DNA of 63,936 bases, filler included, from Choristocarpus tenellus KU-1152 (taxonomy: Eukaryota; Protista; Phaeophyceae): NCBI GenBank assembly GCA_964200185.2. It is 14 parts of 14 records of this genome, joined end to end, with 100 filler letters (N's around TTAATTAATTAA, not from the genome) between each part and the next. Parts side by side here need not be neighbours in the genome. Positions count along the whole stretch, not along the records: positions 11,947 to 15,087 come from CAXNAD020022028.1; positions 15,188 to 20,345 come from CAXNAD020011670.1; positions 20,446 to 31,447 come from CAXNAD020002571.1; 11 more parts are not named here. One strand, 5' to 3'. A model generated the notes under the pieces. The model had not been told where the DNA came from. It searched no databases and saw only the letters and a list, made by a program, of their open reading frames with translations. Made by a program: the position numbers and the translations under genes. The first letter of the stretch is position 1, and the number at the start of each line of letters is the position of its first letter. Positions 13,050 through 26,500 of this stretch are shown in pieces.

Positions 13050-14270
13050 ACTCCCAAGCATATTTGTTTCTTCATAATATCACTCACTCAATGTAAACAG
13101 AATATAATTAGAGGGGGGGGGGATCTGTTTAGTACTAGACTATGTATGCACCTACCCAATAAGGCAGATAATGTGAACAGACTGCTGAGCACCATGACCC
13201 CTATCTTTCCCGTACTATTTCTACAATAGTGCTACCTCCAGTTTCCTTTTGCTTTTCAATGCATTCATCCCCTACCAAGCAACCACTGAAGGCAGAGGGT
13301 GATCCTAAAGTGGGATGCTATATACCAAACCCAACTCAACCTTGTCAACAACCGGGCATGATTCGTGCCTGAGAACAAATCTGGGGATCATGGGGCTACA
13401 GCTCTACCTTTTTGTGCTACTTTCAAATTAATAGCTATGAGTGCCGATTCTACATGACAAGGTAGATCAAATACGTTTACATTTTGGGGTCCAGGCTATG
13501 GGACAGGGAGCTATAGACCAACGCACTCCACGTAAAAGGAAGTCCACAAAAATTCATCATGGTGCGTCCATGTGGTGGTTCCTTCCTCCACACCACCTGC
13601 AATGCCGTTTCTTCTATCCCTCCCCGAGACCTAGAGCCCACAGAATCCCCAGCAGGCAGTCGGTAAGGAGGTAGTCATCTGTGAAAAATCCATACCTCGT
13701 CCCTTCCCACCCCCAAACAGCAAAGAACACAACTCTTGCAAATAAGTATCCCCGGACATCCAGCCATGTGGACAACGCCATTGATGTATCCTTGGGAAAA
13801 AACGCGTTTCAAACAGAACAAGGTGTGCAGCCCTAACTACGCCCTCAGCATGTCTGTGCTTGATTGCAGTAATGACACGGCACGAAGCTATGCCACAGAA
13901 TTAGCAAAATCACTAGCTGAGTATTCCTCCCCCGCAATATATTTCCCCTTGCTGATCTGAAGAGTCAAAATGCTGTACACTCAACAAATCGGTGATACAC
14001 TCACTATCACGTCATAACAATGCCGCAATTTTCTATTTCTTTTGGATCTTCACATAATATACACATATCAACAAGCACCAACTCTGTACCACAAAAATAA
14101 AAAAAGTTCCAAGAACTAAAAGTTATTACCAAATCGCCTCGGGGTAGCAGAACGTACTGAAGTAATAAGATATGAGTACTCCTCAGTGGGAAACCACCAA
14201 CACCAATTCGTTCTACCCAAACACACACGATCCACTTGGTGACACAGTTACAACGAAGATGTATTAAAAA
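13050..14270 (+). mobile_element. Degenerate non-LTR retrotransposon fragments
   Basis: TPIFPVLF (like the RT motif DPLSPxLF) and PILHDKVDQIRLHFGV (like YxYLGV) in the expected order, with many stops. Confidence 0.3.
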
Positions 14271-14594
14271 AAAAGGAAGAGAAAAACCTGATAAAAGGAC
14301 AGAATTCAGATAGATTTTGTGGCGTAAAATGCAACAAGACTTTTTCTATTTACCCCTCTCACCGAAAAGAAAGAAAATTCTTCTATTTGACCAAACGGTG
14401 ACTTGCTAAAAAATTTGGTATATATATGCAGCATTCTTGAAGTCAAATCCCAAGACTTAAGAGGTCGGCCTCCTCCGTCTCCTCCGCCTCCCTCGCCTCT
14501 CCCACACCTAAAATTGTTGCGCCAAATAGATGTTTGCCTCTGGTTCCTATGTAAGCCTCCACCCCGGCTGGTTCTTGCACACGAGGTGAATCAA

Positions 14595-14722
14595 ACACAG
14601 TACCTGAAGAGAGTACCAAGTCCCATAAAACATTACGTGGTTCTACATGCCCAAAACACACAGTACCTGAAGAGAGTACCAAGTCCCATAAAACATTACG
14701 TAGTTCTACATGCCCAAAACAC
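14595..14722. repeat. 63-bp tandem duplication (2 copies, 1 mismatch)
   Basis: ACACAGTACCTGAAGAGAGTACCAAGTCCCATAAAACATTACGT(G/A)GTTCTACATGCCCAAAAC at 14595 and 14658. Confidence 0.95.
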
Positions 14723-14860
14723 ACACAAATTCCTGTACAAACTCGAGTGAGAGGATTTTCTCCATCTCTTTCCCTCCCCTCCAAAAAGTCTCATCCCTCC
14801 GGTCCTTTTATCACACATGATGATCCGCCAACTCATTCATACCATGCCCACTACTCCCAG

Positions 14861-14987
14861 GTTCGTTTTGAACAGGACCTTCACTATGACCAGGATGGTT
14901 TCTGCCATGTACAAGGGCCAGGAGATCACACTTGCAAAGAGGGCACCAGGTGTGACCATCACCATCCAGCCACTCGTCAATGCACTG
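14861..14987 (+). CDS. Isolated putative exon, unknown protein
   Basis: Splice signals ctcccag|...|gtgag, higher GC than the flanks, and an open frame FVLNRTFTMTRMVSAMYKGQEITLAKRAPGVTITIQPLVNAL. No family recognised. Confidence 0.3.
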
Positions 14988-15913
14988 GTGAGAAGTTTAG
15001 GGATGGGGGAGGGGGGGGGGGGGGAGATCTTTTCTTACACATAAATGATAGGAACAAGCCATAGCCAAAGGATAGGGCAGGGTCTCGNNNNNNNNNNNNN
15101 NNNNNNNNNNNNNNNNNNNNNNNNNNNNNNNTTAATTAATTAANNNNNNNNNNNNNNNNNNNNNNNNNNNNNNNNNNNNNNNNNNNNTTCATTCTTAAAT
15201 TGTTTCTTCTACAGAATCTTCTTTTACACATGAATAAAAAAGCGTATTCTTAACAGCATTGCTTGGCGTTTGCTCTTGTGTTGGTAAGAGGTCCCGATGT
15301 AGATCATTTTGATAGTGATTAGAAATCGTGCTGTTGTTCTGACTGGTTCGATTCCTTTTATCCATGGAAGTGCAGCAGGAATAGTGTTATGTGTATGTAT
15401 GCAGTTGATAGTGTGTTTACTGCAGCTTGTGCTTCGTATTGTGCTGAGTGAGTAGATATAATAATAATTTTAACAGCACATAATATATTATTAATAATAA
15501 CATTAATAGGTATTGTGTGTGTTTATGTGTTTTGAATGAGTTACGTGGGGGGGGGGGGAGGGGGGGTTCTCTCTTATTTTCTACCTCTCTATTGATAATC
15601 AACATTTTGTTGGTACATTTTGTTGTAAGATAAGAGTTTTTTTTTTGTCTGTAGTGGTGTGTGTATGTGTGTTTCGTTGCACTTCTCTTTGTGGGCTGAT
15701 GGGATTGGCTGGAGTGAATATATTTCATAGTTCTCTCATACATGTCATCACTGTCTCTGGATGATTTCTTATTACTTGCACAAATTTTCAGAGTAGCAGT
15801 CTTTCCCGTCTCAAGTTACCTCCCTTCCTTGTCTTAGCTTCACCCCCTCTGGCTGCACCCTGTCCAAATCCTAACTTCTTGTACCTGATGTGCGTACACC
15901 CCTGGTGGTGCAG

Positions 15914-16114
15914 GAGGCAATTGAGGCAGCTGAGAAGGGAGACTATTCTGGGGTTCGCAAGGTCCTGCTCCTCCTGGAGAACACCTTTGATCCAGAGGCA
16001 GTCGCGGCAGTTTCAGGAATGGGTTCCGATGTTACATCTCCTGCAGGAAACAAAGACTATATGCGTCCCACACCAGATTGGGCTGCAGATCTTGTATGCA
16101 CATGCTCAAGTTGA
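15914..16114 (+). CDS. SELENOO: Selenoprotein O family (protein AMPylase) terminal exon, Cys-containing homologue
   Basis: tgcag|EAIEAAEKGDYSGVRKVLLLLENTFD...YMRPTPDWAADLVCTCSS* matches the SelO C-terminus (AIEAAExGD...LL..P(F/Y)...PP.WA..L...(C/U)SS). Confidence 0.9.
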   Translation, partial: EAIEAAEKGDYSGVRKVLLLLENTFDPEAVAAVSGMGSDVTSPAGNKDYMRPTPDWAADLVCTCSS

Positions 16115-17540
16115 TTTTGTGTTCCTGGGGTGCAGGCAGTGGGGCTGGAATACCTTGTGGGGAGGGGGGCCAGGGGGGGGGGCACCACCTCTGGTACACA
16201 CAATGTGGATTCATGAGTGTGTTTAATTGGGGGAGGATTTAACAGAGGCGATTGCAGTTCTGGGTGCTAGCCCCTACCATGATGATTAAGGGTAGGTGGT
16301 GCACAATGATTCCTTCCAAGAATATAGGGAGAGAGTCCTGCATGTACTTTAGCTTAAGTGGTAAAGAATTACAGGTGTGCCTGGATTTAAGGAGTAGATG
16401 TTCTTCAGTGTTGCTAATTTTGAGATTGAGCTCTTTTGGGCGGTTACAGAGCTTCGCTGGAACGGTATTCCTTTATGTAAGTTGGTTTGTGAGCTTATAT
16501 TATTGATAGTGGTTTGAGACGTCGGAAGGGTCCATCTGTCCTCTTGTAAGGGACTGCTTTTGTGTCTTGTGAGGAGGTATGGGTGGGTGGTCTGGGCATG
16601 TACTCAAGCACAATTTATTATTTAAGTTACACAATCGAGCAGCATGGTTGTTGCTCCTGATTTTGGTTCCATTTGAAAACATGGCCTTGGGTTATTGTGA
16701 TCTGAAAACATCTCTGGTTCTACCCTAACCCTAAGTATTATTTTCATGAGGCGTTTGCAGAATAAAATCTCTTGTAGAGCTGGTTCTATGGGTTGATGGT
16801 GTAACCACAAGTATTGTCATGGTTCATGTAAGATAAGCAACGAGGAGGGGATTTTGTGTGTGTTGAGTCTTTCACCACAAGTTGGTTAATTGAATGTCCT
16901 CTTTCATTAGTACTATGGTTGTATGTCCTCGTGCCTGATTGCCCTTCAAGAGTTGTATCTTTCTGCACTGCTATCTGTGCCACACTCTTGACATTTTCTG
17001 GAGTAACTTTTTTCAGTGTATATATATTACTCCCTAACAGAAGAATATCGTTTTCGTAGTACATAGTAAACAGAGCTTGGCATCACCTACCAAGGACGCG
17101 AAACGCATTTTCTAGGGCATTCTGCACAGAGGGAAGTGTAGACTTATGAAGGACAATTCTAGGTGAACGGGAGGTAGGTGGGGAAACAAAGTCCGTTGAA
17201 CCTGTCCATAATTGGCTGGGTTTCTATCATCTGTACTATGCTGAGTTCTCTCAATGCGCTATAGTTAGATCTGAGGGGATAGCTATGGCATTGATTGGTC
17301 TAACTGGAAGGTGAAGAATCTTTCCCCTATTTTTTTCATGAAGCGAATCTGTTGATAAAGTATTCAAGACATTTGAGTCACAGGGAGTGCACCCGTTTAA
17401 CATACTTAAAGTTCAACTTAGAAATTTCTTGCAGTCAAATTTGTTCGGTCAATCAGGAGTTCACAAAAAATTAAGAATTATATTATGGAGCAAATGTTGC
17501 TGTACAATTTTTTTTCGAAGTCGTAAAACATCTTACTACT

Positions 17541-17735
17541 CAGAATGTACGTTTATACATGATAAATGTACTACAGTCCGAATGTACGTAATACATGATA
17601 AATGTACTTCAAAAAAAATGTACTTCAGTACGTATGTACATGATAAATTTACTACAGTCCGAATGTACGTATATACATGATAAATGTACTACAGTCCGAA
17701 TGTACGTAATACATGATGATAAATGTACTACAGTA
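17541..17735. repeat. Minisatellite, unit of about 36-37 bp, about 5 copies
   Basis: Repeated TACATGATAAATGTACTACAGTCCGAATGTACGT(A/T)A. Confidence 0.9.
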
Positions 17736-18414
17736 GAAGAGGTAGCAGAAAAACATCACAGAGAATATTCGGAATTACAGCCGCTATTTAAATATTATTA
17801 TTATTAATGTTTAGCCTTCTGAAGTCCAAAACCCATGATTAAAAAAAAGGCAGTGCTGCAGAGGATATAATATAAGCCTTAAGCAAAGGCAAAAAAATAT
17901 AATAAGAAAACAAGGGAAAGAAGAATACTCCATTTAGATGAGAGGAGTAGAAAAAAACGAGATACCGTTAGTACTACTCATTACCACCATACGACCATTT
18001 TAAGTGGGACAGGATACCATCAATACTGCTAGCTCCAATCAACAAGGTCCTACCAGCAAGGGAAGCAAACATGGGGTCATATCCGATCCAACCAATGTAC
18101 AGGCATTAACTACTTGTGATAATCACTATCACAAAAACAAGAAAAAAAACAGTAAGAATCTTTTATTAATTGCAGGTGGATGTGCGACCTGCTCTGCTTT
18201 AGGTGCTGGTGATCCGAGTACGGCGAACTATTGTAGCTACCACGACTTTTTTATTAGCATGGCAACTTTACTCACCAAGGAACAGTCCTCAAAGGGTTAC
18301 ATCAGCAGACACTACTGAGTGGTACTGGATGGCTATTGAAGTACCACCGTGTGTCAAGGTTGACTGTTGTATCACACTATATACCAGAGTAACTAACAAG
18401 TACTACTACTCTCA

Positions 18415-18671
18415 GAGTGAAAGTATCTTAGAGGGTACGAGTTTTGTCCTGTTTGTCCATTTGGGGCTTGACTTCCTATGGAATTTATTATGACATTTTC
18501 CTACTCCAAAGTGTTTCAGAGTAGGTAAAATGTATATGTTATGCAAAGGTGTGTCCAGAACAAGGATATCGACATTTCCTAACAAACATGATAGCCAAAA
18601 TACATCAAAATCGCAAGATTGAATTTTGGCCCCAAATGGACGCGGCCCTACCCTCTAAGATACTTTGGCTC
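18415..18671 (+). mobile_element. MITE family A, complete (257 bp), TSD CTCA
   Basis: TIRs GAGTGAAAGTATCTTAGAGGGTA ... TACCCTCTAAGATACTTTGGCTC; CTCA at 18411-18414 and 18672-18675. Confidence 0.95.
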
Positions 18672-18699
18672 CTCAACCCCCCCAAATGCTCATCTTCAA

Positions 18700-20200
18700 A
18701 GGGGAATGGGAAAGGGCATGTATGTACATGCGATCTAGGTCATATCCCACACCCCCGTTCACACGGAATGACCATTTACAGCACCCAGCATCATCCTGCC
18801 ACAATTGAAGTGTCCTTCAGGAACCTGCTCCTCAACAGCCTTGTTCAGAACATCACATAACCCCCAGAGGAGCAGGACCAATCTACCCAAAAGACCACCA
18901 CATCACTCAGCATCTTCGCTGCCACCACAGTGTCAAAACTACTTCTAGGTAATTTACCCACAAGGAACTGTTCCCGTTTGACTCATTGTGAGCATAACAA
19001 TGTCTTGACAAAACAATAGGACCTTCTCACCCACCATCTGGCTTTCCTTCCCCTCTACCACCTATGCAGCAAGAAAATCGCACGACAGCTGCAATCAAGA
19101 ACCGTTAATCATGCGTTGGCTATCTGTCAGCATTCAAAAATCGGAACACCCTATATGTTACTACTTCAACTTTCTCGGTGTGCAAGTAGAAGTGACCCAT
19201 AAAAGGGCTACACAAACCTCAACACCTATCTACTAGGGTTAGGGTTGCCTCCTCCATGTAAAACACATTGTGGCTGGAGGTACTCTGGAGCGTGGTCATA
19301 ACCCCAGGACCTCCTTACGTGACACCCACGGAACTCCAATGTCACGGTTATAAGATGTTTCGGGCTAACAAACACCAGACCTATTGACCTCCACACCGTT
19401 TCCCAGACCAACACAACATTTGCAAGGGTGTCTCCACTTCATAATCAGATCAAGGGAGAATTAATTGGGCCTCAGCACAAATCAAATCTAAGCCCTCTCA
19501 AAACATTATATCATAAGAAGGCCCAGTCTTCTTTCAATCCTATTCAACATGGCAGCACAAATCCATGTAGTAGCATTGCTTCTTGGTTTCCCACACACCC
19601 CTCCACTCCCCCCCCCCCCCCCCCCCCCCCACCCCCACCCCCACCAACCCTCCCAGCTTGAAAGGTACACCTAACCTAAGAACCAACTAGACAAGATCAA
19701 GCCCCATGGGACACGACAGACAAGAAGTGGACATACACCCACACCAATTGGACTAAGATCACCTCCATATCGCATTAGAGTTAATGGGATACGTATATAT
19801 ATATATATATATATCCCCCCTACATCTTTACTATGGTATCTCCTCAACTCCACACTCCCCCGGACCACGAAACGCCTCGGAAGATGATGTACAATTTTTG
19901 GTACAACTCGTTCACCCTAAAGAAACAGAGGTGCATCTCGCCGTCGCCGCCAATCAGATACTCAGCTCTTTCCATTCCCCTCTTCACTCCCACCCCCACA
20001 CTCCTGCCAGAAAGACGACGCAAATTTCATCCTTGCTATTGCTGCAGATATCGCGGCATCCACAGGGTCCCTTGTACCTGATGAGGCATTCATTGAGCCC
20101 TCTACAACATCTCCAACCCGTCCAGTTACCCCATTGCCCACAGACTCAACACGAGCCTCCTCCAGTTCTGCAATCCGGGCCTGTCGCAGGGGGGAGAGAG
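18700..20200 (+). mobile_element. Degenerate non-LTR retrotransposon 3' region
   Basis: Fragmented frames with RNase H-like (FDSL.SI) and C-terminal YCxDxR-like segments. Numerous stops. Confidence 0.25.
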
Positions 20201-20584
20201 AGGTGTGGGGGCGACACAGAGAGTCTTGACACCGTTCACACAGTATTATTTATATATAGCATGAACAAAAAAAGCAGTCAAAATCATTGTGGGTTTATGC
20301 ACGTCCATGAAAGTAAATCGAGTACATAAGGGGGGGGGGGCAAAGNNNNNNNNNNNNNNNNNNNNNNNNNNNNNNNNNNNNNNNNNNNNTTAATTAATTA
20401 ANNNNNNNNNNNNNNNNNNNNNNNNNNNNNNNNNNNNNNNNNNNNGAAGGGGGGGGGGGGGAGGGGGGGGGGGGTGGGGGGGGGGGGGGGGGGGGGGGTG
20501 TGGGAGTTCTAGCAAATACCCTCAGGTAATGAACATGCCATGTTTCTGCATGCAAGTGGTGTGTGAGTGCAGCAGCAGCAGTAA

Positions 20585-23500
20585 TCAGGAAAGGTTGGCC
20601 ACCTTCACCTCATGAACGGCCTGGATCACAGCACAATCGGGAGTAAGGGTTAGGGTAGGGAGTGAGGAGGAAGGGAAACGGAAGGGTAAAAATAAAAGAA
20701 CAAGGTGAGGTTAAAATAGACGTACCTCTTGTCATACTGGGCATGGAGCAGATAGATGCAGGAGGTCTATCTCAAAAGTAGCTAAGAGAAGCTATGTCAT
20801 CATCAGTAGAGTAGCTATGCATACACTAAGCTATCAAAATGGTTTTGTTCAACAAATGATTAATAGAGATATGAATATTGGTTTCTACTGCCCAGAACTT
20901 GAATAATACAACCTGAAAAGAGACACTGGTGAATACAAAAACTGATCAAACTGATCATATGCATTGGATGCCTATAGACCATACCAAATGATCACCAACG
21001 CAATTGTATCACAGTAATAATTGTCCACTTTGTAAACAAATGATTTATTGATTAAATTACACTTGATGTTTTCAACAAACTAAACATTTTTTGGCAGATA
21101 ACATGTGGGCACATGAAACACAGAAATCATCATTGAGCCTCAAAAGTTGTTGGAAACTGCTTGTACTGAAAGCCTTGATGGTCAGGTTAGGTATGCTGTG
21201 TATCTTTTAAAAATAGAACTGCAATTTTTAGAACATATAGGGCAACAAAACAACTGGATCCAACTTGTTGCATTCCATGCACCCCCCCCCTCATAACATT
21301 GTTGATATTCACTCAATACCTGATAATGCTAAGTAAAAGACAAGCACACACACTTCAAACCAAATATAGCTGGAGACAGTAAGGTAGTATGCCATCATTG
21401 GTCAGGGTTAGGGTTAATTGTACACAAACATGAGCCCAGGCTTACTCTATCTGCAAGAGCCTTACAACTACATAGCACTAGAAGCATTTGAAGCCTAAAG
21501 ACTGAAAACATGTATTTCTTGTGGGGGAGGGGGATGCGCACGTACCGGAAGTGTTTCAAGCTTTGACATGACCGCCTTGGGAATCATGCTATCAATACTC
21601 ATAATGCACAGCGCCAGTTCACCCTGTAGGTTTCATTTGCAAGTGTGTTACTCAGTGTACAAAATAGTAAGGACTCAGCACTAATCACCGAAAAAACAAA
21701 ACAAATATTTGTACATCTGGGAATAACAGAACATGGTCCAAACTTGAAGGTGTGAGGCTGTTTCCCACCCAAATGTTGTGGGGTTCAGCTGATCTAGATT
21801 TGTCAGCTTCAAGAACTGGAGGATAGAAAGTGCGACCAAGGGATAGTGCACAAGCCCAGCAAAGAGTTACAAATACATGACACGACACCATTGGCAGTTG
21901 TTCCACTAAAATTGTTCCACTTGCCTCTTGCCGGCCTACATTCAGACGCCCCACATTGATGGAAGCCCCTTCCAGCTCCTGAAGAATCTCCATAACAGCC
22001 CCAGCACGGTCCTCATTTCTGTAGCCCCACAACAAGTCACATTTGTATGCAAGTATTGGGGGGGTGCAAGTGTGTTTAAACTGTAGTTGCTAAATCAAAG
22101 TGTATCATCACTTCTTTCAAGTACTACAATCTATGCCGTATCACACAAGGCAGGAACTTGTGTAGCCTAGTTTGACATGGGGAGGTGCTTATCCATTAGT
22201 ATTTGATTGCGAACAGGTTGTCTGCAGTTGAATTTCTGGGACTGCGAACACACATTTAAATTTATCAACAACAACTGTGATGTACAGAGTATGGTACGTA
22301 GGTACTTTTTGTGTCAAGGTATTTCAACAACATACCTTCACAAGACATCACCCAACATCACAATGAAGGGAAGCCAAATACAACAAAGTACCTGTCACAA
22401 ACAGCAGTTAACCAGACATTGACAAACAATCTGTGCACAGAAGAGGCCGTTCACAACACAACTTCTCAACAACCTGCAGGTCTACCAAGTCTGCAATGCA
22501 TCTGTAGGCAACCTTGTCCCACACTACTCCCCATCTAGCCTCACCTCCTGGTCGTGATTTGATAATCAGTCTAATCATCTACATTATACTGTTTCACACA
22601 CAAGACTGATATCTGGAAAGCTTACCTCCACACTGTACTAACTTCAAAATGTATGCTGAATTTTTCAATACCCAAGATAACATGAGCGGGTACATCTCAC
22701 ATTTCATAATCTCATCACTACATCTCACATTACACACACATTACACAATTCCCCAACATTAATACTAATATGATAGAACTTGACAAGATACCTGAACATC
22801 AGCAGAGTCCCTTCCGGCTTGAATGCAGGAAATCCACGGTGCTCATCAATCTGTACAAGATTGGGCTCTTCTCCAAAAACCGAGCCTGAGATAGAGTGAC
22901 TCTGTGATGAACCAAGGTTCAGGTCCCGTTAACGTTAAACAAAAAAAAAAGATGAGGATATTTAGTAATATGAGACACAATGCTAATGGGAGGAACAAAC
23001 GGTATTCCAATGGTGGTTGGTCTTCTGTGGGGGTAGTATCTACAATTGATGAGTCCCCAGGTCCCATCCTGCACCTTAAGTTGTCCTTACTGTTTGTGTG
23101 TGTGTGTGTTTTTTCTTTCCAAATTATGAGTTTTAGCTATGTTGTACCAATCATTCAACCAATGCACCTTTTATCAGTCCATGAAACACTCACAAGAACA
23201 GTCCTCTCAACCAAGAAACACTTTAAGAAGAAAGAGGTCTGACCTTTCTCTTATTTATTTACACTGTACAGACAAAAATAAAAGTACTCAAAAAATATTA
23301 TTTTATTTCACATTACAAAAATACTGTACTTAATTTAATGGTCACACACCACACACACGGGATTCTCACTCTGACCTCTTTATCTTACAACTCACTTTCC
23401 CATCAGATAGTTCCACATCCACTGTGACCACATTGGTGTATGGAGAGTTTACCAGGATGGCGTGAATCTGGAAAAATAACAAAAAAATTAACATCACATA

Positions 23501-26500
23501 GTAGAAGGTGCAGTTTTAGTTGTACAGAACTAAACTAGGGTTCAGATTAGGTACAACTCTTCAACATTACCATCAAAGAAATTCTCGCGTAAGACCTGTA
23601 AAAACATTTTTACAAACACAACACAAACTAATACTTCCATGAGTGCACCACACCTTGTCATCAATGGCAGTTTCAATGCCCAGCTCCTTCGCAAGGAAGG
23701 GAGCATTAATGAGACTAGGAGAAGTCTTGCACTCAGGCAGGTGCTGTAACAGACCCTTCAGTACTGTCGCCAGCATCACCTGTGAGTCAAGCCCATTAAG
23801 AAAATATAGGTATTGGAGACGTTTCTATCAGTCCTGTAATTTGTTTTGCTTTCACCTCGAATAACATTACATCAAGTTTGGTGAATGTTATGTTTCAGGA
23901 CCTCAGCATTGAGTTGGCTGATAGAGAGCAAAATGAGTGTTGATTTGAGCCCAATGTATATTATAAATATTTTGTTAATGTTAACTACAGAAGGTTGTAC
24001 ACTAGTGCTGTACTATTATGAAATTCAAGCTCACTAGCCCATGCAAGGCTAAAAATAAGGTATCCTATGAAGAACAGCATATCTTGAGTCAAAACTGACA
24101 TGTATACAAACTCTCATCAAAAAGCTACTTGGCATGGAAGTGGTCTATAGGTCTATTACAACTACTAAAGTGATACAGGTTACTCCACTAACTTAACACA
24201 GAGCAACTAACTCACTGAACTATTAACATTGACACTATCCTATCACTAAAGGGCAGCAGCATGAATTTCCATCACAACGAAGTCATACAGCACAAACTTT
24301 ATTAACCAATTCTACTAACAAATCCTGGCTGAATCTATGCCCACCTGGCGTGCCCCCCCAGCTTCAATGTTGGCTGCCTTACCCCCATACGTATGCAGTG
24401 TAATCTTGGTTACCTGTCAACAGAATATTGCACATGGTTGAGAGCACTAAGGCTTAAAGCAGCTTCAGGGAGGAACAGGGGTATCCAGATATAGGTATCC
24501 TAAGGGAAAGACATACAAATACTCTAGCAGTATTGATGTATAAAGAGTAATCTATTGAACTTTTTTAGACAAGAGATCTGCAAACTGTCAAGGGCACAAT
24601 AATCATGGTAACCTTCTTGTTGACAATACCTTGTGCGCACTACATAGACCATGTATAAATGTCACAAATGTTACACAGTACAAACAAAACCATTCTTGAA
24701 AAGTGGTACTGCCCCCCACCACCTAGTAAGGCCCTGAATTGTGTCTTCATCAAGCCCCATGGGGTGTTCATGACCAGTATGGGAATCATGTAAATATACC
24801 ATTAAAAGGTAGATTGGAAATTGTTTATTACTAAAACAAGATAAGTCAATTTGATCCCTGATACCCTTTCATAAAGTACAACAATAAACTTGAGAATGTA
24901 CTGTTAGTAACACCATGAGAGACGTACCCACTATAGAAACAAGTATACAAAGGTGTAAAGGAATTGAACACTATTAATACCTACAGGTGCAGGTTCTACA
25001 ATGCCAACAAATTGAAATGACCCTGTCCACCGACTGGACCAACCCCTCAATTATTTAACATGCTCTGATCCGTGTCCGCTGGCTGGATCAGGTCTAACAT
25101 TCTCTAACATGTCGGGACTATGTCCACTACATGCTAATGTACTAGTCAAACAATGAAAAATGTGTATCTGTCAAAGGTTTATACTCTAATACTACGTGTA
25201 GTGAGAATGTCAGGAGATACAGGTTAGAGGATTTTTAAGAACTATGCATTTACTATATACACATTTGAACCTTGATCAGTGAGTGTCAAAATACATCTCA
25301 AAGTCACAAATCACCTCAGGCACCCACCTAACACATAATGATGTATTTGGTAAATAGGGAGGCATGGCCACAATGTAAACAGTCCAACCTTCAAAAAATA
25401 TTACCCGCCTAGCCGCAGATTAAATGTTCTAACATGGCTGAGTCCATGACCACCGACCGCTTCAAAATGGCAGTCATATATTGGACATGCTAACTGCTAT
25501 TCTAACACCAACCCTATTCCAGTCCAGTAAAAATCATCATCCCCACACACTACCACTCAAGTCTCTTCTTAATTTGGTGGTTCCATGGTTAATTTCATGG
25601 TTGATAAAAGGCTACACGTAGCAACCCCCACAGAAATCTGCAAGAACAAGAGACAAGGTCCTCAGTATCTTACTTGTCATTACATACAAGAGTATTTCAA
25701 ATTCAAACCAATACCAAGACTTACATCACTTGTGATTTTGAAAATAATTTAAAATACGTAATATACGCTGCCCTAAGTCCTTCATGCTGTGGGTCAAATC
25801 CACATTATGATTGTCAAAGAAGTAAAAAACACAGTGGGAAAAAGGAGGGGTGCAGACCACACAATTGAAAGGTCACTTTGATGACCCTGTAACAAGTACT
25901 ATCCCTGGTGCAACTAAAATGGATAATGTATGGATCAGTACCACCAGGAACTAAGAATCCCCTAACACAGCCCATGCTTAACTCCCTAACACTATACTGC
26001 CATTAAAATTATATATATTTAACTTTTGTTTTATTAACAAAAAAATGTATTAATACGATTATTATTGGCATATTCACAAAAACAAAAAATATCATTATTT
26101 TTGACATATTCATAAAAACAAAAAGCAGCGGGTAGGAATGCCAATACTTTATTGACCTTTGCTTCTCTTCCCCTCATCACTCACTTGGCATTGATATTGA
26201 CATTTAAATACTAAAAAAACATTGACCTTGTTACAATCAATAACAGTTGTACCAACATGTAAATACTAATATAAATATTAATGATAAAAAGACTGGAAAT
26301 TTTGCAGTGAAGGTAAAGAGGGAAGGGAAATTCTTCCACCTCTGGACGTATCATCAGTCCTAAGGAAAGAGGTCATTTAATCAAGGTAAGGGGTAATGTC
26401 AGAATGGAAAGTATAAATTGTGCTGTCATCCAGGAGTTTCCTTCACCTTGGAATCTGCCATCTGTGAGTGCAGTTGTCCGATTCTCTCTGACAGGGTCAA

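Noticed and set aside
16115-16400. SECIS element after SelO
   Set aside because: ATGA motifs are present, but I could not fold a convincing kink-turn stem with an apical AA by eye, and the CDS has a Cys codon at the Sec position.
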